A DNA stretch of 22,497 nucleotides from Vitrella brassicaformis CCMP3155 (lineage: Eukaryota > Protista > Chromerida): NCBI GenBank assembly GCA_001179505.1, contig CDMY01000769.1, positions 1 through 22,497 on the forward strand, read 5' to 3'. The position numbers and the translations under genes are program-made. Position 1 is the first letter of the stretch. Each line of letters opens with the position of its first letter. The notes beneath the pieces are model-generated. The model was not told where the DNA came from. It saw only the letters and a list, made by a program, of their open reading frames with translations, and ran no database searches. This document shows positions 1 through 11,371 of this stretch, one piece after another.

Positions 1-158
1 GGCTGCGCTGCCGGAGCCTCGCCGTCTGCATCAGAGTCGTCTCCCGTCCTGAGTCCTTGATCTCGTCGCCGCCACAGAGACGCTCTCGCCGACCGTTGGA
101 TCACTCTCGCCGCTGAGTCCTCATTCATCTCCACTGAGGGCAAAGCACGAGGGTGCAT
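1..158 (-). CDS. Partial ORF running off the left edge, with an IQ (calmodulin-binding)-like motif
   Basis: Minus frame from ATG at 158 reads MHPRALPSVEMNEDSAARVIQRSARASLWRRRDQGLRTGDDSDADGEAPAAQ... and stays open to position 1. AARVIQRSARASLWRRR resembles IQxxxRxxxxR. Possible upstream exons (ATG 424, GTAAG donors at 359 and 307) could not be phased. Confidence 0.35.
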   Translation of the reverse strand, partial: MHPRALPSVEMNEDSAARVIQRSARASLWRRRDQGLRTGDDSDADGEAPAAQ

Positions 159-638
159 GGAGGGCGAGTTCTATCCCCGAAAGGGCGCTTTTGCTTCTCC
201 ATGCAACGTCCGTGGCTGCCGTGTGCTCAGCCGGAGAGGCCGGGAGCCTCACACGACGAATCGCACATCGTCGTATTCGACGTCGAGGAAGGTGAGGCGG
301 CCCTTACCATGAGTCCGCCTCGTCCGCACCTTGCCCTTGACTGACACTTGCACACTTACTTGGGGCTCAGAAGGGATGAACGAAGGCGGGATGGAGGGGA
401 AAGCATCATAGAGGAAATCCTCATGCCCTCCGCTTCCGATCTCTGCGAGCTTGGCTCAGTTCCGGGACAAATGAAACTAAACACGTCACGGATTGTGCTC
501 GTCTGTGTGCGCGTGCATGCCGTCGCTAGGCCTGCTTACCTCGTTGATCGATCGAGAAAAACGGTAACGGCCGCCATTTTTGTACGCCCCGTGTAACCCG
601 AGTCGGAAGGAAGACACTGAAGGCCCTCACACCACGCG

Positions 639-1658
639 ATGTATAATCTGTATGCGGCTGTGCTGCTGGCCCTTTCCTCTGTCAGCCTGGTCAGCGGTGG
701 CTGCATCGACCGAGACCCCGCCGAGTGGCCGGTGCAGGACATATCGGAGCTGAGGAAAAGATCAGAGAAGGAGCTGGCCGCCATATTCGCAAAAGGCACG
801 CGCACGTGACGCGCACACACAGCGACCAACAACCCGCCAGCCAGCCAGCCAGCCAGCCAGCCAGGCAGGCAGCCATCCGTGTGTGTTCTTGCGTGTGTGT
901 GCGTGTGTTTTGTCAGGTTGTGTGGAGGATGAGAGTTTTATGTTGGGGACCAAGTACGGGGAGATGATCTGGGTGGACCTGCCGGAGCCCTTCCGGTCGG
1001 CCTACACGGGGCTGTTCAACCTGGCCTTCCAGGGCTTCTTCGTACAGAAGACCGTCTGCAAAGGCGAAGACCTCTACTTCTACTTCGTCCTGCTCAACCC
1101 GTTCGACGGCGGCAAGGTGTGTAGCCGTGCGAAGCGAAGCGAAGCAACACGACGAGGGCGACGCCGGCGGCATGTTTGTGTGTGTATGTGTGCCATACAG
1201 GTGTTCAAGAGCCAGTATGGCTGGTTCACTGCGAAAGTGACGAAGGGCCAGCTGCCGGACGAAAAGCAGCGGATCGATGACGCCCCGTCTTACCTGTTTG
1301 ACTACCGCATCACCAAGGAGGAATGCCCAGATCAAGTCTCGCCATTCGGCCGGCTGGTCCGTGCATGGGACCCACACACAGACACACACACACACACACA
1401 GAGAGGCAGAGAGAGAGAGAGATATAGAGCAGTGTGTGCCGTGTCTTGATTGGTGGATGTGTGTGTGTGCAGAAGTACCCCTTCGACAACGCTCCAATCC
1501 TCAACACGGTTTTGGACGAGGGGCGGATCGTGGGCATCGACAAGGAGAACAGGCCCATCATACTCCTCCGCATATTCTTCGAAGTCATGCCCGGCAAGTT
1601 CGCCCTGTGGGAACACGGCCTCATGCTCGGCAACCCTCTCGACGGTGGCACCGCCTGA
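639..1658 (+). CDS. Secreted protein of unknown function, about 232 aa, 4 exons (639-795, 917-1116, 1201-1356, 1473-1658)
   Basis: Phase-consistent model: MYNLYAAVLLALSSVSLVSG (signal-peptide-like), then CIDRDPAEWPVQDISELRKRSEKELAAIFAKG|CVEDESFMLGTKYGEMIW...NPFDGGK|VFKSQYGW...FGRL|KYPFDNAP...LDGGTA*. Intron 1 needs a GC donor; the others are GT-AG. Confidence 0.8.
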
Positions 1659-2294
1659 CCCTACTGACCAATTGATGCCTGGATGGATGGATGGATGAAC
1701 GAGTGCAGTGCAGCTGACACTTGACCAACACGGTCGATGCAGCTGCTCGTGCAGGGTGGTGCTGAGGGGGTGGTGCGTGGGAGTGACAGTGACTACTATC
1801 GTGAGACGACAAACGGGGCCTGACATTCCATTCACTGCATCACATGGGGCCGGTCTGTCTGTTGTGTACTATATATATGTCTGTGAGTGAGGGAAGCGAT
1901 GTGGGGTCGGTCTGCACACAGGCCGACAGGACGACGGTCGCACGATTACCGTTTTCCGTTGCTGCATTGCACATTGCAATGGTTGAGTTGATCATCCATC
2001 GTCCGTGGCGGTGCATTGCATGGTGGGTGGGTGCGGGGGGCGGGAGGGGTGGGGGCACATCACATGCATACAAACATGTGGTGTTGGTAATTCAATTGAA
2101 CAAAGACAGGACAGGCTAATTCGAAAGCGGTTCATTTCGTTGGGGGGCTGCTAGTGGTGAGGGAGGGGGGAGGGAGGGGGGGCAACCATCCACAGCATCC
2201 ATCCTGCTTATCATGCGCCGTACCTGTGTTACTGGGTGGTTGGTACTGTTGATTTGTGATGTTGCTGGTGCAGGGGGGGGGGGGGGGGGGGGGG

Positions 2295-2594
2295 NNNNNN
2301 NNNNNNNNNNNNNNNNNNNNNNNNNNNNNNNNNNNNNNNNNNNNNNNNNNNNNNNNNNNNNNNNNNNNNNNNNNNNNNNNNNNNNNNNNNNNNNNNNNNN
2401 NNNNNNNNNNNNNNNNNNNNNNNNNNNNNNNNNNNNNNNNNNNNNNNNNNNNNNNNNNNNNNNNNNNNNNNNNNNNNNNNNNNNNNNNNNNNNNNNNNNN
2501 NNNNNNNNNNNNNNNNNNNNNNNNNNNNNNNNNNNNNNNNNNNNNNNNNNNNNNNNNNNNNNNNNNNNNNNNNNNNNNNNNNNNNNNNNNNNNN
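2295..2594. other. Assembly gap (300 N), preceded by a poly-G run (2273-2294)
   Basis: Directly visible run of N. The G homopolymer and nearby G tracts probably explain the contig break. Confidence 0.98.
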
Positions 2595-4218
2595 GGGTTG
2601 CTGGGTTGTACTATGCATTTTGCGGCGTCGGCGTATGACCTGACACGGGCGTACTTACTTGATGGGAAAGGGAAAGAGAGAGGGGGGGAAAGGAAACGGA
2701 GAGAGCGCCCCCCCACCCACACATCCACATCCCTTCACACTTGCACACCACGCCCGTGCTCCGTGCTTAGACTTTTTTCTTCCAAGGATAAGCTACAGCA
2801 TGCTGCAGCGAGACGAAGGAGGACGGACCCTTACAGCGTCTGCGCAGGCAGAGACAGACGTAGAATCAGACACAGAGGCAGAGAGACCGGCGGGCGGACA
2901 GGACAGGACAGCTAGCTGCAGCGAATTAGCGGTTTTCCTCCCTGTGTTGGTAGGGCAGGCCAGCTGAGCTCAGCTGGTAGGTACTTCTTGGTTTGTTGTG
3001 GCGTGTGTGGTTCTCACGTCGATCAGTCAAGTCAGCCTCAGTGCCTCAGTGCATCGCTAGTCATCAGTCAATGAAGCCAGCCACGCTAGCTACATCACAC
3101 CATCCCAAAGAGGAGGGAGGAGGGAGGGAGGGAGGGAGCAAAGGCTTCCATACGCACAGCCCGCTCCTCTCGAATGCACTAACGAATGACTATGCGCCTG
3201 CCTGCCTGCCTGCCTGCATACACACGTGCCTCTATGACGAGTGCCACCCAGCGACCCCATCAATCGTCAGTTCCCCGTCTGTCTGTCTGTCTGTCTGTCA
3301 GTCATGGTGTGTGTAGCTGTCTGTCTGTTGGTTTGTTCTGCTGCTTTGCGGACGGACGCCGGATGCCGGATGCTGGCAACCATGCACAATATGTCCACCG
3401 CTGCATGTGCTGGCTGCGTGCGCATGAGCCGACGTGCGCCTTGCTTGATGGCAATGATTGCGATTGCGCTCCTTCTGTGTCCGTGTCTGTCTGTCTGTCT
3501 ACTGGACTGACTGCATGCCCGCCCGTTGGTTGGTTGGTTGGGTGAGTGCGCGAGTGAGATATTAAAGAGCCGCCTGCCCTGCCTGCCTGCCTGCCTGGTT
3601 TGTGCGTATCTGCTGCCTGTCTGCTGTGTGAGTGTGTCCATGGAAGCAAGCGGTGCAGAGAACGACCGATGCACACGGACCGATGGATGGACGCAATTAA
3701 GAGCCTGAAACCCCATTGCAAGTTTACCTTACGGTGTATCAAATCATGGCGTCCTCATCGAACGAAGGTTCCGAGATCTCCGACGACGAGCACAAGCTGG
3801 GCCAGCAGTGGGTGGCGAGGCCTATTTTTTAGACAGACAGACAGACAGACAGGTGTGTGTCTTTGGGTGGGCGGTGTTGTGGTGCACACACGGCATAATG
3901 ACTGGCTAATTTGCGTTGTGTTGCGTTGCTTTGCTTTGAGTTTTCGTCGGCGGACTGGACTCCGTGCGGAGCCCTCCTTGCTTTGCCTGCGTGCTGTGGC
4001 TGTGCCGTGACCTCTTCGTGTTCATCTATCCAATTCACTAATTCAGACCGCACACCCACCCCGCACACAGCACATGTAGAGCAGCCAAAAAGTCTTGCCA
4101 CGAAGAGGTCAGCGCGAGCCGGTCGCTGTGCCTCCGGGCCCTCGGTGGCTGCTTCGGGGGGGAGCGGCTGATGCATGCCATGCCTGTGTATACGTGACGG
4201 ATTGATGGACGGATTGAC

Positions 4219-5521
4219 GTGTGTGTGTGTGTGTGTGTGGGCAGGAAATGACCGACCGTGTGAATGCATTGCAATGCGTTCATTTCATGACAGGCAGACA
4301 GGCAGACAGCACCAACACCACAATTGCTTATATATTGGGCAGCCAGCATCAGCGGCAGGCTCCACGATCCACATCCCATACCATGCTGCATGTGGTGGCT
4401 GAGTGGGTAAAAGAGTGAGTGACTGAGTGAGTGAGTGAAAGGCACACGAGTGAGTGAGCAAATTGGCATTCATTCACACACACGGGTCAGTCAGTCAATG
4501 AATTAGTCTGTCATCTCACAATCACACCACACCACACCAGTCAGTCCCCAACCAACACGCGGTATTGTTCTTATTATCACATGTGTGTATGTGCGATAGA
4601 TAAAACACCACTACTATCCACAGACACATATAGTAACCCAGGCAGGGAGGGAGGGAGAGAAGAAGGAGAGAGAGCGCGCTTTGCGACGCGACGTCGACAT
4701 GACGGAGTGAGTGAGTAAACACACACGACGGGACGGACACACACACTCAGACAGACACAGACACAGACACACACAGCACGCCACGCAATGCAATTCACTT
4801 AGACTCTGTCTGTCTGTGCGCCTGTCTCTCTGTGTGTACGTCAAGACGCACAAAACAGTTTACAGACAGACACAGACATTCATTAACTAGGCAGCCATCC
4901 ATCCATCCATCCAGAGGCCACTCACTGTACTGGGTCCCTCTCCCCCCAGGTGCCGATCACCGACGGGAGAGGCGCCCTCTCGCCCTCACCCACACACGAC
5001 TCCCCGCCCACACACACACCACCAGCCCCGGCTGCCCGCACCTCTCCCAGGCTGCTGTGCGTCTCGTCGCTGCTGGACATTGAGGCGTACAGCTTGGCCG
5101 TGTCGCTCGGGGACTCGGAGGGGTGGTCACCCTGGCTGCCCGTCGTTCTGGCCTGGTGGTCCAGTTCTAGCCGATCTGCCGCCAGCTTCGCCTGGGGGCA
5201 CACACATATGAATGAATGAGATGCAGACAGTCACGATGGATGGATGGATGGATGGTCACTCACCTGTTCGTCCCAGTCGATGCGTGAGAGCAGCCGCGCC
5301 AGGCTGAGTACGTTGATAAGGCAGGCCAGCACGAGCCCAGACAGCAGCCCTGTCAGCTTCATCCCGGCCCACCCGAACCACATGACCAAACCAAAGGGAA
5401 TGCCGATGGGATAATACGCCACGAGATTGACAATTGCCGCCACCCTCTGCTGACCCACCCCACTCATGGCGCCCCTCAGGGCGTGGTAGATGGTGTCCAG
5501 CGCAAAGGCCGCACCCAGCAC
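4219..5521. repeat. Tandem segmental duplication, copy A (about 1.3 kb; partner 6405-7709)
   Basis: Near-identical sequence from (GT)n-GGAAATGACCGACCGTGTGAATGCA to GGCCGCACCCAGCAC at an offset of about 2.19 kb. Differences are mostly repeat-length changes and scattered substitutions. Confidence 0.95.
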
Positions 5522-5533
5522 TCACCGGAGTCC
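4922..5533 (-). pseudogene. Truncated MATE paralog fragment (last exon plus most of the penultimate exon)
   Basis: Exons 5264-5521 (VLGAAFALDTIYHALRG...RIDWDEQ) and 4922-5191 (AKLAADRLEL...DPVQ*) mirror MATE exons 11-12. They are preceded by GGA CTC CGG TGA (G-L-R-stop). No upstream MATE exons are present. Confidence 0.8.
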
Positions 5534-6388
5534 CTACACACCTCCTTCCCTCGACTCGACTCACCTTTCCTTGGTGTCAGGCGACGCCCTTCTCCTCTCA
5601 CCCACCTTCTCCATCTTGCTCTCGCCGTCGAGCATTGCAGCCAGCATGCAGACTGGGGGCGGCACTCAGCTGGTGAGAGAAAGACGCCTACAGGAAAAAG
5701 ATGCAGGGCAGAAGCTGGGGGCGTGTGTGCAAGATAATGTGACTATGGGCTCTGAGGGCTTACCAAGCAGAGGGAATGGCGTTGTGTGTGTGGGTCATGA
5801 GAAGAATCCCAAGTTGCTCAAAAGGTATCCCACCTCGGGAATGACGAAGTAAAGACCATATAGGCCGGTCTTCATCGCAATCGCATCTCCACACCAGCAT
5901 ACAAAAAGTCTGCTACAGGCCCTTGACGTCCTTGCCGATTCCTTGAGGTCCTTCATCCTTTTCCTGAGCCGACAAGCGCACAGACAGAGAGAGATCTCAT
6001 GTGGGAAGCCTTCTGGCTGCTTCTCGCTTCGTGTGTGGCCTCTCTGTGTGTGCGCCTCTCTGCTGCTGTTGTGTTTTCGGAGAGGGCATGTGCCGTTAGC
6101 AAGCCCTAGCACCACCCAAGCTCGCAACTGTAAACACTCTCTGATTTTAGGGCTTCTTCCTATTGCAGGGGGGCGGGGCGGCGGCTGATGTGCTCAACTA
6201 AACCCTAACTATGCGTAGGGTTTGCGAATTTCGTGAATGCGGTCGGTGTGCAGGAGTACGCAGCGCGCAGGACGCAGGCAGGCACCTTCCCACACACGGA
6301 TGTGCGCAGGGGTGGGCTGTGTGTGCAGAGAGAGAGCAAGGGAGGGAGGGAGGGAGGGAGGGAGGGGGCGTGCACTGCGCACGTGCCC

Positions 6389-6404
<16 letters not shown>

Positions 6405-6421
<17 letters not shown>

Positions 6422-7709
6422 GGAAATGACCGACCGTGTGAATGCAATCATTCCATGACAGCCAGACAGGCAGACAGCACCAACACCACAATTGCTTATA
6501 TATTGGGCAGCCAGCATCAGCGGCAGGCTCCACGATCCACATCCCATGCCATGCTGCATGTGGTGGCTGAGGTGAGTGGGTAAAAGAGTGAGTGACTGAG
6601 TGAGTGAGTGAAAGGCACACGAGTGAGTGAGCAAATTGGCATTCATTCACACAAACGGGTCAGTCAGTCAGTCAGTCAATGAATGAATTAGTCTGTCATC
6701 TCCCATCACACCACACCACACCAGTCAGTCCCCAACCAACACGCGGTATTGTTGATAATTATTATCACATGTGTGTGTGTGCGATAGATAAAACACCACT
6801 ACTTTCCACAGACACATATAGTAACCCAGGCAGGGAGGGAGGGAGGGAGGGAGAGAAGAAGGAGAGACAGCGCGCTTTGCGACGCAATGTCGACAGACAT
6901 GACGGAGTGAGTGAGTAAACACACACGACGGGACGGACGGACACACTCAGACAGACACACACAGCACGCCACGCAATTCAATTCACTTAAACTCTGTCTG
7001 TCTGTCTGTGCGCCTGTCTCTCTGTGTGTACGTCAAGACGCACAAAACAGTTTACAGACAGACACAGACATTAGGCAGCCATCCGTCCATCCATCCGTCC
7101 ATCGAGAGGCCACTCACTGTACTCGGCCCCTCTCCCCCCAGGTGCCGATCACCGACGGGAGAGGCGCCCTCTCGCCCTCACCCACACACGACTCCCCGCC
7201 CACACACACACCACCAGCCCCGGCTGCCCGCACCTCTCCCAGGCTGCTGTGCGTCTCGTCGCTGCTCGACATTGAGGCGTACAGCTTGGCCGTGTCGCTC
7301 GGGGACTCGGAGGGGTGGTCACCCTGGCTGCCCGTCGCTCTGGCCTGGTGGTCCAGTTCTAGCCGATCTGCCGCTTGCTTCGCCTGGGGGCACACACATA
7401 TGAATGAATGAGATGCAGACAGTCACGATGGATGGATGGATGGTCACTCACCTGTTCGTCCCAGTCGATGCGTGAGAGCAGCCGCGCCAGGCTGAGTACG
7501 TTGATAAGGCAGGCCAGCACGAGCCCAGACAGCAGCCCTGTCAGCTTCATCCCGGCCCACCCGAAGCACATGACCAAACCAAAGGGAATGCCGATGGGAT
7601 AATACGCCACGAGATTGACAAGTGCCGCCACCCTCTGCTGACCCATCCCACTCATGGCGCCCCTCAGGGCGTGGTAGACGGTGTCCAGCGCAAAGGCCGC
7701 ACCCAGCAC
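6405..7709. repeat. Tandem segmental duplication, copy B (3' end and downstream region of the intact MATE gene)
   Basis: Aligns by eye with 4219-5521. Confidence 0.95.
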
Positions 7710-9894
7710 CGGCAGGTGGCGGAGCATCGACCGCTGCACCTCAGCTGTGGACGCCAGCGCACGAGTCAGCTCCTGATTATTGACATACACACGTCGGCAC
7801 ACCACACGCATGTCATGTGGGTGGGTGGGAGGGGGGTAAATCAAATCGGTCATTGAGTCACTGACCGACTGACTGACTGACTGACCGGTGCTGAGAGTGC
7901 GACGAAGAGGACGAGTATGAAGAGGGAGACCACAGCGATGGTCAAGCCCATGTGCACAGTGGCCTTGGCCCGCCGGACATCACAATCGCCGATCGCATTG
8001 CCTGACCAGGCACCACACGTCCATCCATCCCTCCGTAGGTATGTATGCCTCTCCCCTCCCTCTCTCAGTGAGTGAGTGCGTGTCTGTCTGTCCGGGCCTG
8101 CCTACCGACAAGGATGCATATGGCGGCGTTGATGCCCCATGGGATGCTGATGAGCGCGCTGTACAGATTGAGCATCAGGGAGGCAGACGACACGAACACC
8201 GGGCCCAGCGGGGTGACCGAGAAGATCACCAGCTGCCACGCCCAGATCTCCAAACATACTAGCCCAGACCCCCACAGGCCGAGACGCACCCACTCCCGGA
8301 GTCCCTACACACACGCACACACACACACAGCCAGGTGAGGTGCGTGCTGTCTTCCATCCATCCCTACCTGTGTGTGGCAGACTTCGCTGAGGGTGAGAGA
8401 GCTCATCTTGGGGCCGTCGGCGATGCTTGCGTAGACCAGAAAGATTCCTGCCATGACCCATGAGGCCGCCACATAGCAGACGGTGGGCGCCCGGACGTCC
8501 CAGACCCCCGTGGCCTTGAGCACCACACATCCGATGATCACTGCAAGCAAGCAGCCAGCCAGCCAGCCACATGGACAGAGAACACATGTGCAGGAGTGCA
8601 TCCATCCATCCATCCATGGGCATACTGGTGAGAAGGCTGGCTAAGGTCACCCAGATCTGCACGACCACCACGCCCTTCGACAGCTGCACACACGCGACCC
8701 GTCACACCGCACCACACCACACGCCACACTTTGCCTCTCTCTGTTGCCTCTGTCTGCTGTCTGTGTGCTCACGCACACACACGTGCACACGCACGTACAT
8801 AAAATGTGTCGAGGGCCTCGTACAAAAACCGCGCTAAAATGGCTGGGAGCAACATCAGAACAAAACTTCGGGCCAGCTGGGTCGCAGGCGAGGCCGCGCC
8901 CAGAAGCGGCAGCAGATTCACGCCACCTGCACACGGACAGACGCACAAAGGACGTTGTCATACACCAATGGATGGATGGATGGATGGATGGATGGATGGT
9001 CTGCGGGCGTACGTACCCACAAGTATGACGATTGACAGCAGGAGGAATAGCGGGGGCAAGATGAGAAACGCCCGGGCAAGTGCGATGCAGGCCTCTCTCG
9101 GCCGCGACGCACCGAACGCCTGGCTGGCAGTCGTGTCTGAATCAATAAGCCACAATGACACACAATGAGTGAGCGAGAGAGGGGGTGAGGTGAGGCTGAC
9201 ACATGCGTGCATGCACGTGGGTGGATCGACTTACAGACAGCTTCACAGCAGCCCAAGCCGATGGCCCTGAGAGGGGTGCAAAGCAAAGAGCCCACGCGTG
9301 GGTGGGTGTTTGGCCTGTTTGACGGACCCCTGTGGGGCTGTGTGCTTACAGGCCAATGACGTTACACAACATGGCAGCCAAGCCCATCGCCTGCACCACA
9401 CCAAACAGTCAGCAACGCATTGCATTCAGTCACGATCGCATGATGCGTGAGCCATGTGGCTGACCGCACCGCCTGCATCTCCTTGCCGAACTCGCCCACA
9501 TAGCTCAGCTGCACCACACACGACAGACACCAACCGACACACACACAGAGTTACAGGAGGAGCTCGCATTTATGCATGTCTTCCTTCCCCTGCTTTCCTG
9601 CCTCCCTGCCTCCCTCACCAACACGAGGTTCTTTGTGAAGTCGAGGAGGTTTTTGAGCACCGCAGGGCATGCCGTCCGCAGAATTGCCACAGCTTCGCTG
9701 GGGCGAGTTGTGCCAGAGGTCACAGACACCGACTCGCTGCCTGTGGGCAGCCACTGTGTCGTGATGGTGGAGGGAGCGAGGGTCTCCTGCGTGTCGAGAG
9801 GCGCCGCTGGGTGGCGTCTGAGGAGCGGGGAGTCCTCGTGATGCTCCAGAATGCACGACGAAGACGCCATCGACGAGTCCTCTTTGCCGCTCAT
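7114..9894 (-). CDS. MATE (multidrug and toxic compound extrusion) family transporter, about 585 aa, 12 exons
   Basis: Phase-consistent GT-AG exons: 9619-9894, 9470-9508, 9350-9390, 9235-9266, 9017-9136, 8799-8926, 8626-8683, 8383-8540, 8106-8304, 7886-8001, 7452-7772, 7114-7383. MATE-like motifs include AMGLAAMLCNVIGL..., ASQAFGA, CLEIWAWQL, ILVGNAIG..D...AK, and LRG..SG.GQQ..AA.VNLVAYYPIGIP. Confidence 0.92.
8968..8999. repeat. (GATG)n microsatellite in a MATE intron; one of dozens of intronic and intergenic SSRs (GATG, GT/CA, GTCT, GCCA, GGGA, CAGT)
   Basis: Directly visible tandem repeats throughout the window. Confidence 0.95.
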
Positions 9895-10120
9895 TCGCGA
9901 TGAAGCTCTAGGCCGCACTAGCTGGGCAAGCAGGGTGCGGCTGGGGTGCGGATTGGCGGAAGAGTGCTTGACGATCGCAACGTCTGCGAGCTTAGACTCC
10001 GTGTGAATCAGCTTTCGGTTCGAGGCTTGGCTCCAAGGACTGCTCTCTCAGCTGGTTCATAGATCCAATCATGAGTCTGTTGATTCATCATACCATGAGG
10101 CGTGGAATTGACTGACTGAG
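9895..10120. promoter_or_regulatory. Putative bidirectional promoter between MATE (-) and PCID2 (+), 226 bp
   Basis: Divergent ATGs at 9894 and 10121. The spacer lacks long microsatellites and contains GATTGG and CCAATC. Confidence 0.45.
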
Positions 10121-11340
10121 ATGGTGGTGTTTCACACGAGGCCTGAGTGGCTGAAGTGGTTCATCGACAACGTCAAGGAGCGCAAAGGTGACGCCCTCTC
10201 ACGAGCCTTCACGCCGGAGCGATGCCTCGACCAGCTAAGACGACTCACTGAGGTGCGGTACGCAGCCAGAGAGAGCGATTTCTGCATGCCTTCCCATGCC
10301 ACGCCACCCATTCAATGTGCTCTCTTGTTTGTCTGTATCTGTCTGTGCAGAGGGATGTTGGGCTCATTTTGCGCGAGGTGGAACGGCAGATGACGAAGCG
10401 CGTGATGGAGGCTTTCAGCGCGCCCATCCGGGCCTACTTCTCCATGCTGGCGCACGTCGACTCCCCCACACAACTCGACACGGCAGTCAAGGAGGCCGTC
10501 GAGTGCGTCTAGTAAGTGGCGCTCACTGAGATCGAACCAACTAACAGCGTGTGTGATGACCTGTTGTGCTGTGCTGTGTTGTGTTGTGTTGTGTTGCGTG
10601 CGTCGTGTCAGCAAGTGGCTGGACATCTACGAGCAGGCCGACGACGATGGCTTCCTCATCCCCACCCTTGTCAGGCTGGCAGCCACAGCCAGAAAAGTCG
10701 CACTCAAGGTCGGTCGGTCGGCCAGCGACTGACCACCTACCCACTCAGACAGACAGACAGACGCCCCCCCCTGCCCCCTCCCTCTATGCGTGTGTGGTGG
10801 GTTCACTCAGGCGGATCAGTATTACAAGTTGGAGACTCAGGATGAGACGGGCGAGGAGGGCCGCTACATGGCTGAGGTGGTCGACAGGCTGCGGCGGGGG
10901 CTCAGCAAGGTCCCTCTCGACCGCAAGAGGGCCGGACACATCGTCATTACCACACAGCTCGTCAAGAGCATGACACTCGTGAGAACGGCGCGCCATGAAA
11001 CAAAGTTGGTTGACATGCAGTCATATGGATGGATGTCTGTCTGTAATCAGGCCGACAACATGACGGCCGCAGCTCAGCAGCTCAAACGAGACGTGCCAGA
11101 GTCAGTGAGTCGCAAAGCAGAGCCACAGCAGACAGACAGACTTTCGATGCATCGACCAGTGGGGTGGATGTATGGACCGCCCATTGACATTGATGGACAG
11201 ATTGGACAGTCGAGTGCCCAAGGGCCCCAGCGTCGAGTACGCCTACTACGTCGGCAAGATATACCTCTGGATGGGACGAACCAAAGAGGTCCGCTGTGCC
11301 GCACACACACATCACAAGCATAGCAGACCGACCGTAGCAT

Positions 11341-11371
<31 letters not shown>

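Noticed and set aside
2273-2294. Functional G-quadruplex or poly-G element
   Set aside because: It abuts an assembly gap, so its length is unreliable and there is no functional evidence.
2595-2967. Exon-like segments beside the gap (KYARVRSYADAAKCIV on minus; 102-aa ORF on plus)
   Set aside because: No recognisable family, strand is ambiguous, and the adjacent gap prevents a model.
3746-3962. Possible RRM gene (MASSSNEGSEISDDEHKLGQQW plus VFVGGLDS, RNP2-like)
   Set aside because: The pieces cannot be joined in phase with canonical sites, the frame soon hits a stop, and no RNP1 motif follows.
4219-7709. CRISPR array, LTR pair or other mobile element
   Set aside because: The repeats are SSRs and one gene-containing segmental duplication. 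There are no repeat-spacer units, TG...CA ends, PBS or pol ORF.
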